Shown here: piece by piece, positions 28,910 through 40,908 of the stretch | Position numbering within the stretch: position 1 is the first letter of the stretch | Layout of the letters: every line of letters begins with the position of its first letter | Origin: Catajapyx aquilonaris | Lineage: Eukaryota | Assembly: GCA_000934665.2 (NCBI GenBank) | Contig: KZ538006.1 | Location: forward strand, 62,001 to 126,000 | Reading direction: 5' to 3' | DNA: 64,000 nt | Notes under the pieces: generated by a model | What the model was told of the DNA's origin: nothing | Database searches by the model: none | The model's input: only the letters and a program-made list of their open reading frames with translations | Position numbers and translations under genes: made by a program

Positions 28910-29442
28910 TATTTTTCACTCTAAAAAATTACCAGTATTTTTCCACTCGTTTTGAGTGGTTTTCACGTTTTTCTTTCATTTGATTTGAATCCCACTTGTG
29001 AGTAAAAATTACTCGATCTTTTGAATGATTTTCACTCAAATTCCTGGAGTTATATAATAGCTCTCCAAAAATTGTGAGTGATAATTTCACTCAAAAAGGA
29101 GACATATCGCAAAATGCTCTTCTTGAGTGAATTTCTCTTGGCAAAAATTTACTTCAAATCGAGTTGAATGTTTTACTCATTTCACCTACAGAAATAGTAG
29201 CCTCTCACTTATTTTCACTCTTTTTTCGAGTTATTTTATTTTATTTTATTTATTATTGTCATTACCCCTATGGGCTTTACAGAGCATTTGGGGTTTTTTC
29301 GAATAATATTCCACTCGATTTGAGTTGAAGTAAACCTTTGTCGAGTGAAATTCACTCAAAAATAGCATTTTGCGAAATTTCTCATTTTTTGGGGTGAAAT
29401 TTTCACTCGAAAATATTTGGAGAGATATTACACCAGGAATTT
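28910..29442. repeat. Foldback-like element: TTTCACTC/GAGTGAAA modular repeats with a ~140-bp degenerate inverted repeat
   Basis: 29037-29178 aligns with the reverse complement of 29301-29442 (CAAATTCCTGG...CTCTCCAAA...GAGTGA.AATTTCAC...CGCAAAATGCT...TTGAGTGAATTTC). More than 10 CACTC/GAGTG motifs. Confidence 0.65.
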
Positions 29443-31423
29443 GCCTTTTGGGTAGTTGGCACACCTTGGCGAAATTAAGTTATCCAGCGGAATAATTTTT
29501 ACGTCGTCCTGATGTAACCCGAAGCAAGCTGTAACGATAGCAGACTAATAGGACGATAAGCAAAGTGGGCTCTAAAGGGACAGAACTCAAGGAGGAGTCA
29601 CAACTACGCCTAAGATAAATGCGGCGAGCCAAAAGATAAGGAAATGACAGCGGCATGGAGCCCATCTTGATTTGCATTTCGCGGCTTGTGCCAGTCCATC
29701 GAGCTTGGTAATATTGGATCCCATTTCTCATGCGCTACCGGGCTCAATATCTCAGCTATGTAAATCTGTCCGGAGAGTGAAAAACCGTTTTAGACCGGAG
29801 CATTGACCATGCCCATCACACACTGGGGCCATCTCTAAAAACCACACCCTATTCCCACGGATTGGATCCCAGGGTACATTCCAGGACAGAACAAAAGCGT
29901 GATGCGACGCCTAACCCAGGAAGGCCGGTCCTCTAATCCACGGGTGATAAAACCGTCCTGAACAGGTCAAACGACGATTCCTCAAACGCAATAAACGTGT
30001 CACAAAAGTACCCCTCCGCATAAACAAAAATTCCTCATTACCTATACATACCAAATTAATGAAAGTAATTGAGAGCATTGCGTTACCTGATGCCTATCAA
30101 AAAGTATCATCACCTTTCCTAGAGACAGTGTCGACGCCCATTTGTCATCCAGGTTAGAGAGGACTTGAAAAAAAAAAAATAGATAGTTGCCAGGTGGCTG
30201 GATCCAGAGGTTTGACACTCTGATGGACTTCTTTTCATGGGATGTGATGCGTGGCAATCGCGCTTTTCAAGGGATTCCTATAAATTCAGGTTCATTAGGC
30301 GTCACATTACACTGTGACACGCTCCCTTGTAAAGTGGGTTCTCCCAGGGGTACGTCCGCTGCTTTATCTTCGAGGGAGAAATATGTGGAATCAGATGATT
30401 TCTGACAGCTGCTACATGATCGAGGATGACACAAGCCATAACTTAATGATACAAAAAAATGAGATGAACTATTATTTTTTTGGGCAGTACAATCTGTTGT
30501 TTCCAGCAGCATTATTTTCTGGTGAACTCCACGCGTCTTTTTGGGAGCAGTTCAGCTCGCTATTTCAGACCCGTTGATTACAGGTCTAGCATGTGACGAT
30601 CGTAACTAAGCACTTGTCTGGAGAGCGGGGAATGGCACTTTGAGTGGAACTTGATTGTCCTAAACAACCGTGTGACATCACTACTCCAGGGAATCCAGAC
30701 ACCCTCTTTTTCCTCCTCCTCCTCTTTTCTTTCCCCGAGCTCCTTCCTAAACTCCGGAATGCTCGAAAATACTTTCAGCTCCCTTTAATGACGCCACTAA
30801 TCGAAATCCGTCCAACTCACAAAAGAAGCAAGCACAAGTATTTACAGCTGCGATCGGAAACGACCTTAGCACCTGCTTGGTTCCAAAAGGGTGCGTCGAT
30901 AAATCGGTGGATAGAATGATACGACCCCCTTGTAAATCCCAAACCTACCTGACTTTTAAGTCGTATTCTTAAATACCATTTTTTGGGTGGGATGCTTCTA
31001 ATTTTGATGGACCAAAAATACAGGAATGCAATTTTACAATCGAATCTAATGTACCCGGTACAGTACATTGCATCTACTTGCGTCATATTTCATTGTCCAA
31101 TTTGCTTACCCGCTTGTATTAGTCGATTGTGTTAGTAAGAAACTAGCAGTGCACAACAGTCCTGGTGAGGACCCAGCACGGTGAAGATACGTGGGATGTG
31201 AACAAGGTATGTGTTTTTCGCAATTACGTAATTGTACACCAACAATCTGATTCAAACTCAGAAACGTATGTGTGCCACTAAATTACTTATAGCAAATGTA
31301 ATTGACATTACTGACTTGTGAAATGGCACGTTTTTGATAACGATTACTGATGACATTGTTGGTGATTTGGTAATTAAATTCTTATTAGAAATACTAATTT
31401 CCTGGCATTTTGCAGTCAGCCAA

Positions 31424-34400
31424 ATGCCGCCCCCGATTCCCTGTCCTAGTCTGCAAAGATTGGCGCTGAGACCTGCAGCAGCTTACATGTACAGAGCGTA
31501 TGACCGGCACGTACACTACTGTACAGCACCGGAATGTAGTCATGTTAGGGAATGTATTACATCTGACGATGTCAGGCTGTGTTTGTCTCCGGTGGAAATT
31601 GCACTAGCGTTTCATGCAAGGATCAACCGGCAATGTGAGTAAAAATTACCGACTTGCGTCTTGGCCTAATTAAACTCATTGAGTACATTGTATTTGACAG
31701 TGGTGGGAGATGCTACCCAGCATGAAACGAGTGGTGACGAGCAAGATGAAAATCATGAAGACGACGACGATGCACCAAACGCCCGCACCAGTGGCACAGA
31801 CCCGAGGACGACCAAAAGACGACACAGCGCGGTTAGTATCATATGCACTCTGTACTATTCAAGTAGTGATAAAATAGATAGGAAGTGTACTGCATTATTG
31901 TTAATGCAAATATTCTAATCCTCAAGGAATCACTGAGTGATTCAGATCGTTTTGAATTTCAGGTCTTCAAAAAGTAATTTGGTGCAAACAAAAACTTTAT
32001 GGACCAGAAAGTGCATTAATGGGCCATCTATATTCCCAGATGAAAAACGACTGTAGGCGATCATTCTTTAACATGCGCGAGAGTGTTCATGCGAGAAATT
32101 ACGACAGGTTGACTGAGAAGAATGTGCCAATCTCATTTCTAGAGTTTAGTATTTGAATTATTGCCTGTAGCACAGTCATTTTAAAATAATTTTGACAGTT
32201 TGGAATTAGAATATTAATTTTCAATATACTCGTACTTTCATTACAGGAAACTGAGAGTGGGTCAAGAACCAAAGTATTACGACGCGACAACTTAACCAAC
32301 GTAAGTAAGGACCTCTGTCACATGGATATGCTTTGTTGTGATTCAGATTTTCTATTGTTATAGGTCCAACACGAAGTAACCTCCGGAGTTATCCAACACA
32401 CCGAAGAAGGCAGTAGTTCAATGAACATGCAGGAGATGGCTTACGATATGGATCAAAAGATTCTGCAGATAATGGAGGAATGTCCAGGCCTAACCCATGA
32501 GGAAATAGCACTGTCCTTACAACTACAGCAATCTTTTGCCAGTAAGACAGAGATGCAGCAGCTAATAGATATCAAAGAACGACTAAGAAGAGCAGTGAAC
32601 TTGTATATAAACGAGATCGAAACTCATCAGGCTGAAGGACACGGACCCAAACCAGCACTCCCACACGACTCCGAAGACGTACCACCACCGTACTCAACTC
32701 TTCCAGATCTGGTCGTAGCATCATCAACTTGTATGTATCCTAGAGATGAAGGCTTGCCAGCTCGGATGATGTCCCTGCTCAAAGCGCCTATTATCCACCC
32801 AGGAATTCAATATGAAGATTCGCAGGTGAGTTAGTCACAAATGTCGGTCCAAGGACATTTCTATAATTTGATTTTCTTCCCAACTAGAACAATAATCTGC
32901 AGCAGCATCCATCATCCGGTCCATCACTGGATCAACCTGGATGTAGTCAACAAGCAAGCTGCTCTTCAGGAAGACAATGTGATCCAGCACTTCCTCCAGG
33001 TGATGGTCCACCTGGGCATTCAGCAAGAGGTGATCCTATATGGTATCCACCAAGAAACGGTGATCCTAATGGTGGTCCAGCTGGAAACTGTGATCCTCCA
33101 GAAAATGGAGCGTCCGAAAACGGTCTCCATTCATCAGATGCAGAACCTGCAGACTGCGACGAATTCTCAGGACAAGCATCAGGACAAAGGGGGCTCCCAA
33201 GAAATATTCGGTCCATAAATCATTCTCCTAATAAACCCATCCTGTTTCTTCACCGAGGCCCACGTGTGTCACACCTTAACATCACCCCTGTCTCAGCCAT
33301 TCCCAAAATCACCAGACACCATCTTATCCTTCCAAGTTCAGCTCCAACCCGGCCATGGAAGTGTGAGGTGATGCAACAATTGCGTGAGTACATGGACCAG
33401 CTCCTGTGCTGGAACCCCAGAGGAAGGGAGAGGCTGTACAAATTCACAACCACTTACGAATGTAACAAGCTGAAGAACCAGACCCTTCAATTGAGGTATC
33501 TGAAGGGGTGCTACGTGGCATCGCGTTTACTGTTCGCAAGCGGATTTCAGGAAGCGCGTGTTCAACTTTTGGCAGGTTTGGATCAACAGACTCTGAGCGA
33601 CTTGCGTCCAGCTCTTTCCCAGATGAAGCGACTTGAGTTGAAACTTGAAACGTTGCCATATTATTACCTCCCGACTAATGGGCTTATGTACAACGTGAGC
33701 CACACCATGATGTACGCAGCTAACTTGACCACACTTCGCATCATATCCAGGCGGGCATGCATTAATCGCCTCTTGTTGACAATCGCTCATGAATGTGTTC
33801 ATCTGAGGGATCTGGACATTTCGGAATCAAGATTCTCCTATAAGGGCATTGAACGCATGTGTTTCTTCGGCGAAAATAACGAACCTACACCATTGGCAAA
33901 GTCACTGGAGGTCCTCAAGCTCAACAGCCTCATCCCACCTTTCTGCTTAGGCGGTAAATTCAATTTACAATCCTATACCGTGTGTGGAATTTTGCGAGCA
34001 ATGAGCAACCTTAAGAGTATATACCCCTATCCGCACACTTCAGAAGCTCTTGCCTTGATGTATCCGATGGAAAACATGGCTGCACTCAACCACACCACAG
34101 CCTTGACTTCCTTCAGTGACAGTGACACAAAAGAGAGGAACGCGCAGTTGGTTGTCACGGTCTGTCCCGAAGTGACCAAGCTGCACTTGAGCCGAGTGTT
34201 TAACGAGGACATTATCGCGACATTCGCTCAGATGAAGAATGTGGTGCACTTGATAATGGAAGACTTCGAAGCCGCTGTTATGACCTATGTACTCGCTCCG
34301 GGGAGACCATCTTTGAGTGTGATTGAACTCTTAAATGGACAAATTACGTGCGACATGCATTCATTCATTTCGTGGTTGCCTGACTTGGACGAGCTGCATT

Positions 34401-34930
34401 TCTACGAGGTAATAATCCAGGACAACCCCTACATGGTCCACACCAATCCGAATGTGTCGTCTGGAAGCGGGAAAGGCAAGTCGATTGTTGGCCAGAACGT
34501 AAAGCGAAAGGGGAAAAACTCATATGCTGGTTCAGAAAAAAAGTTATGCAAGAATGTCACAATGGAAAGGCTGCGAGTTCTGGTCTTAATTAATTGCGAA
34601 TTTAGCTCGTCAACCGATTTCCTAATGGTGCTGGACGCATGTCCCAATTTGGAGGATCTGACTGCAAGGGACAACTGTGGCAGCTTTTCGGTTGACGACG
34701 AGGACATTCGCCTGTTGTACCACGGTGGTGGACCTCGACAACTCAGGAAAATCACCCTGGTAGGCGTGAAGCTGACGATGGACTCTGTCGAGATTTTTTT
34801 GAGCTGTTGTCCCCACTTAAGGATGTTGGGGAATCTCAGGCGCTGGTACGACATTTCAGAGGAAATGTGCGACTTTTACAACAGCAGCCTGCAATCAGCG
34901 AATCAAATAGCTGTGCTCCAATGGAGGTGA
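31424..34930 (+). CDS. RNI-like leucine-rich-repeat protein with BC-box-like N-terminus (gene A, about 966 aa); coding exons 31424-31634, 31701-31831, 32247-32300, 32364-32825, 32888-34930
   Basis: Five exons join in one open frame through GT-AG introns of 66, 415, 63 and 62 nt (phases 1,0,0,0; donors GTGAGT, GTTAGT, GTAAGT, GTGAGT). The protein starts MPPPIPCPSLQRLAL. The C-terminal ~500 aa carry LRR motifs (CVHLRDLDISES, CPEVTKLHLS, CPNLEDLTA, CPHLRMLGNLRRW). A likely upstream 5'UTR exon ends at 31206 (AAG|GTATGT), with an acceptor at 31415. Confidence 0.85.
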
Positions 34931-35032
34931 AAGCTTGACTGTTTTAAAACATTGTTGTAGCTGCCGACTTCTTTTAATACTGTTCAGCTCGGCAGTGTTG
35001 TTGTTTTACGGATGAAAGATAATGCGGCCATT

Positions 35033-35038
35033 AATAAA
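35033..35038 (+). promoter_or_regulatory. Polyadenylation signal of LRR gene A
   Basis: AATAAA about 100 nt after the stop at 34930, followed by a GT/T-rich stretch (35069-35084). Confidence 0.55.
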
Positions 35039-35184
35039 AAGCTGCACAATATATTCCAACCACATTTACGTGTCCTTTTTTTTTAAAAAAAAAGTAGTGT
35101 CAAATTGTGTAGAAAAATGGTAACCCAATAGGAATGCATGACCCTTTCATAGTGCAGTCTTTCTGAAGTATCAAATGAAGCAGG

Positions 35185-36883
35185 ATGTCTTCTCTCTGTT
35201 GTCCAGGTAAGGCAACTGTACGTATTAATATGATCTAACATTTTCTGCAACAATAGTCTGCGCATGATATAGCTTAAAATATCAAGGTAACAATATCGCA
35301 TGTGACGTATGCGCTTGTGTCCACACAATTCCTGGGCGCAATTTTTCAAATCGAAATTGGGTACATCCGAGTAACATGAAGCTTTTGGTCCCAATTTTTC
35401 AGATTTTCCTCGCCCACCACTTCCAACTTTAAAATCACGAGCTGTGTCCATGATATCAATCAACATCCTGCAGTACATCAAGGCTCATTTCAAGACCTGC
35501 GACCACATCACGCACACTTTCCTGTGCCGCCACCTCAAATCCCGGAGTCAATTTCTGAACCATCTCCCGGACAACCTGATGTCCGATATTCTGGAAGACA
35601 TGCTGCACCGCCACAACATGGCCCCTCTGATCGTGCGTGCCTCCCAGCGATCCATCACCACCGGTCTCTTGGCCTTCCAATTTGTCTTCCGCCCTACCAT
35701 GGTCAGCCTTTCCCTCAAGTCCCCTCCACGACTCATATCCCTCCTATTGCAACACCTAACCCACTCGTTGCGACACCTCCGCATAACCTTCCAGAAGGGC
35801 CTAGAGGGTCACCACACGCACCAGAACAGCATCAGACAACTGGCTGCCATCCCTCTGAACAACCTCTCTGAACTTATACTGACTGACAACAACTCCGGAA
35901 AGGCAGACGCATTGTTGATTATGTTGGGCAGGACTTGTGTCCGACTACGTCTGGTCATCCTAAGAGGATTCAAGTTGGAGGAGTCAGCGTTGGTTCGAAT
36001 GTGTCTGCCTGACTGGAGCGAGAATAAGCGGTACACCCTGTGCCGTCGTAATCCGTGTTGTGAGACATTGCAAGTACTAGGGATTGAGGAGCCGACAGAT
36101 CAGCTGGGTAAGAGGATGAGGAAGAGGGTCGAGTCGATTGGGCTTCTACTGAGGGTGCTGCCCAATCTGATGGACCTGCCTTTGTCCACCAGCATCGGAC
36201 GGTCGCTCAGAAGGTTGCCCAGAAGTGGAGGACCAGCCATGCTTGAGAGGGTGGTGGAGTGCTGTCCGGATGATAGGTGTTTGGATGCCATTCAGAACTG
36301 TCCCAGCATGAACGAGCTGAGTTTAGGGAACTTGAAAAATAGGGTGCTGGACTTGAACCGTGTGTTTGCGACACCGCAGTACAGCTTGAGGGTAGTGAGG
36401 TTGTCAAATATAACGTGGAATTTGAACCTGGGTATGATGGCCAGTTGCTGGCCGCTGTTGCATGAGCTTAACTGTGCCGATATGACAATGAGCGTAAGTG
36501 ACGAGGTTGCAATTTTGAACCGACTTGAGACCTTGTCCATCACGGACGTAACATTTGACACAGCCCATTCCCTATCAGCCCTACTCAAATCATGCCCCAA
36601 TGCCAAGAGGGTAACAATTTCAGACTGTAGCTTTTCACACGGGATTGAATGGTCCGATAGTGACTTGACCGCAATTGTTCAACACCAATCGTTAAGTTTG
36701 TTGACCCAAGTTCATTTTTGCAATCTAAACTTGAGCATTGCCAACGCCTACCTGTTGGTTCAGACCTGCCCGTTGCTGTGCCATTTGCAGCACGTTTCAA
36801 AATGGAAAAAGTGTGACAGCGCAGATTTTGCAGCATTTCATGACTATCTGAGCAAATGTCACTATCGCATACTGTGTGACTAG
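35185..36883 (+). CDS. RNI-like leucine-rich-repeat protein with BC-box/cullin-box-like N-terminus (gene B, about 500 aa); coding exons 35185-35206, 35403-36883
   Basis: The 479-aa ORF extends upstream to acceptor TTTTTCAG|AT at 35402/35403. A 22-nt ATG exon (MSSLCCP, CCAG|GTAAGG) joins it in phase 1. Motifs: PPLPTLKSRAV, LNHLPDNLMSDIL, CVRLRLVILRG, CPSMNELSLG, CPNAKRVTISDC, CPLLCHLQHVSKW. Confidence 0.85.
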
Positions 36884-39876
36884 TGTTTCGATGCAACTTA
36901 TATTGAAATAATCTTATGTACAAACGCATGTGAATAATTAAAAAGTCGTTAAATATTTTGAAAATTCATTAGCTTACTGTTATTCTGGGTAATTAAATAC
37001 GCTTGGTCCTCCAGCGATAAAGACATCAACCGAAGCAATCCCCGGCCTAAACGTTGAGGTCTCCACGGTCGTCCGTTCCAATTTCTCCGGATGTCCACCT
37101 GTCCGTTCCCTTCGAGTAAACACCCAGCTCCGTAATTTCCCGAAGCTGGCCTCCGATTTCACGCCGTCACAAGATCAAGGTGGGGATCTCTTATGGATTT
37201 TAATGACATCACACACACTGACAAGTGAATCATCCGCAATAATTCTGGTACTAGACAAGTGCCAATTATCCTGCATGAGTGTATGGCCATTGCGCATTCC
37301 TGTATACATAATCAGATATTTTTACCTAATTTTCTCAATCGCCTAAAAGGATCGCATTTGACTACCCGCTCAAATAAGGAGCTCTCATCTAGTGTAAGTA
37401 ATCGGATCTAATAACCTCACGAAATCCTCATTTCCTTCAGACCAAACTCCTCCTACAGGCATGCCCGTTATTTAAACATCCTGGGCCAGGGTGTAATGAA
37501 GATGAAGGCCAAGACATGTGGGCGCTGCCGAATCTATCTCAAATTGCAGTGGGTCCCAAAAGTGACGAAGACACATATGCTGAGGCAATTAGTGGGCGGT
37601 CAGTGCGAAAAATCTTTAGCCAGATTAACATCTCAGGTCATGCCCAAAGTACATGAGTTACGAGCCAAGGTAAAGAGGAGTTTCGCCACTTACAAGCCAA
37701 TGAAAACGGGGCCGATTTTCTCCTAGAACAATTGCGGCGGTTCACACTACTAATTAGCCATCCTTACAGGGAGCTCCAACTGTGTAAAGTAGTTAGGTAA
37801 TAAATTTCATTGCCTCTTAATGCTGGCCTTGTTCAATCGACTTTTCTTTTCGCGATTAGTGCTGGAATTTTTTTTGGGTAAGTGGAACGGGCTGGTTAAT
37901 TTATGCAGCCATTGCCACTCGACCCTGCAAAAATATGAAACCTGATAATGCAGAGATTAAGATCGGGGACGTACTTTTTGCGACATGGGCGTTAACTGCT
38001 AATGCGAGGGATAATCATTACTTATGGTTCAGTCGAAAGGCCGCGTGTTCAACGCCTTGTGATTGCTCAATGAGAATGTAATTAAAAATCCAGGAAGCTT
38101 TATGCCCATTAGTAACAGTTACACACTTTTTTTTCCTCGCTAAAATATTTTAATCGCAGATTATAGCATCAGTGAAGGGTAATAAATAAGTGGCTATTTT
38201 TCAATCGCCATTTTAGCGTTGGATTCACTAATATCTGGGAGAAGCCCACCCAAACTTAGAAAATCATTCCTTCATACACAGTTAGACAGCATCAATATTA
38301 CTTACACATTATTCACATTGTTGTGTCACTATTAATCACGTCTGGAAAGAGAACTGTATACTTCTCGGTGGCTAGATCTAACTGATACGTTCCCTGTTGT
38401 GAAGTCACGACTGCTCATGTGTCATATTTACAACACCTTCCCATTCACGTCGCTGCCGACTTGGATTTACAGAACTCATTTTTTCACATGTCACATTGCC
38501 CTACTTTGGTCAGCCCCATGCGACGCTATTATATTCATCACATTAATCAAACATTTACGCTTCGAGGTTTGTTAAAAAATTGTTGAAAATAAAATCATGT
38601 TGACACATCCCTTGTTTAAATGCTGTTCTGTCTCAGCAGGTGTGGATGACTAGTGATAGTGCAGACAATCGGCGGATTGTTCCGACATTTTCCAGCCATT
38701 ATTCCTACATGTCCAGCGATTGCATCAGTAGGAGAGCTACCAGTTCCTACTTTTTTTTTGTATACGTTGCCTCAAGGGTGCAGCTTCTGTGTAATCTGCG
38801 ATTCATTTCACATCCGCGGGAGGCACCGGTACTACATTCTCTATCTACATCATAATTTAGTGGCTCTAAAATTACTTGCATGTACACCAATATGGCATGA
38901 TGGAAATAACGGCACGTGCAGACCACATACCGCGACAAAATTTTTTTTTCAAGGGTTCGTCCCACTCTTGAGTATATAAACGCATAATGTTACGAGGGAC
39001 ACAACAGGTTGTAAGTAGTGATAACATTCCAGGCAAGAGAAGAGAAGGGTTCAGGTTATGGAGGTCACCCGGTCACCTCATGGGTGGAGTGCCCCAAAAG
39101 TTCTGGTCCTCCAAGCCCATGATGGAAGAAAATTTCCTGTCGAATTACCACCACTAAAAAGGGCGTGACCCATCAGGTGACCTCCATGCTCGGAAAGAAT
39201 TGAAGCTCATGTCAACGACTCTCAAAAGATATCATCTGGATGGCATTTCCCTATACGGTAATCACTTCCTGCGCAAATACATGGAATGTATTTAGTTCAA
39301 TGGCGCCGGTTGACTCTTAGGGGTCATCTTTGGAACTGGACAAACCAGAGACCAAGAATAAGGCCGAAGAATAAAAAAAAGAGCTGATCCAGCTTTGATT
39401 GTTCCCAAAACTTTTGTGGGATTCCGCCACAGACTTTCCGGCGATGACTTATCTGATTCACTTGTCACTTTTTTTTCCGGAGAAAAGTGAATCCGAAGGT
39501 GGTGGACAGACCGACCGCTCAAGGGGGTCCCAATTAAAACCGAAGAGATGTAAGACATGAGGAGGATTTTGGGGGTTGGAGGGGAAAACGGCTTGTTTTC
39601 TACCGCTGTATAATCCGGATATCATACTTTATTATAGGTGCTACTTCTCTTCTGACAAACATCGAAACGGTTTTAATGTCCGGTCCTAATTAACGTCAAA
39701 AATTTGTAATTTTAAAAATAATGAAACTCTCGTAAAGTTGATTGTCAGTGCTGCATATGAGAAGGTCATTATCAAAACAGGGCTAGCTGATTCAGTACAC
39801 GAATCTTTCAGAAAACGAATTTCAGATTTAGTGAGTCTTTTCACTTGCCTAGTTGGAGGTGGACCAAGTGTGAAAA

Positions 39877-39990
39877 TCTCTACATATAACGTATATAAAG
39901 CAGAAAGTTTGTTGGCATGTGGCAATATCACGGCTACCTAACCCACTTTCATACTACTAATAGTTCTGAAATTTGGCACACCGATGTAGA
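39877..39990 (+). mobile_element. Possible 5' fragment of a non-autonomous Helitron
   Basis: A|TCTCTACATATAACGTATATAAAGCAGAAAGTTTGTT...CTGAAATTTGGCACAC resembles the 5' ends of invertebrate non-autonomous Helitrons. No clean hairpin-CTAG|T 3' end was identified. Confidence 0.35.
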
Positions 39991-40824
39991 ATTAACACAT
40001 TGGAAACACCATGAGACAGCCTGGTTTTGATAATGACCTACACACGTTGGCTTTCATCTGAACGTACTGAACAATATAGGCATTTTTTTTACAAAAAAAT
40101 GCTAACATGCGACATTCATTTAGTGTAAATAATTGCGGATTACAGCCCAAACCGTGTGTATCATTAACAACGTTTCTTAATAAAGGAACAAATGCATGAT
40201 GACACCCAACCTGAGCATACAAATGGCTGGCATCAAAATAAGTGGCCTAAATTGATACCCGGTGGACGCGTGGCTTGCAACCGACACCAGTACCCATTCC
40301 TCACGCACAATCACAATGTTACAAACCGTAACAGGAGACCGGCTTGCATAAGAGGACCACACACACGTTGGGCCACGAGTCAGGTGCATTATTACACATG
40401 AAGAATGTTGATATAGGTTGCAGATGAGAGAGTCGCGGTCCCGGAACCGGTCTCGGTTTTCTTCTGAGTGTGTACCCCGATAAATCCACCGTTGCTGGTA
40501 ATACCCGCACGGTAGGATAATGGTTTGGGAGGATTACAAAGTGGTTGTAATGTCTCGGCGGAGGAGGAGACTAACAAATGGGCTGGTGGAGAATAGGCGA
40601 GGCGTGGACTCGCTTCACGTCACAAATTCTAGCCCACCTGACTGATAGACGTAAAGTGACGCTAATAACTCGTAATTTTGTGCCTAAACGCGGTCCCGCC
40701 CATGTAAATAAGTCCATGTTACGTTGCACACTACAGCACCGGTGTACAATTCTATTACCTTTCCTGGAGGTTGTCCTACTCGACCGACCGCGATCGGTGC
40801 GAGACCAGCACTTCAAGTACCCCC

Positions 40825-40908
<84 letters not shown>
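40825..40908 (+). repeat. (AAT)28 perfect microsatellite
   Basis: 84 bp of uninterrupted AAT repeats. Confidence 0.97.

Noticed and set aside
28910..29442. CRISPR-like repeat array
   Set aside because: Eukaryotic context; the motifs are short, irregularly spaced and in both orientations, with no cas genes.
32841..33218. 125-aa ORF MSVQGHFYNL...
   Set aside because: Alternative frame of gene A's last exon; the frame fixed by acceptor 32887/32888 runs on into the LRR ORF.
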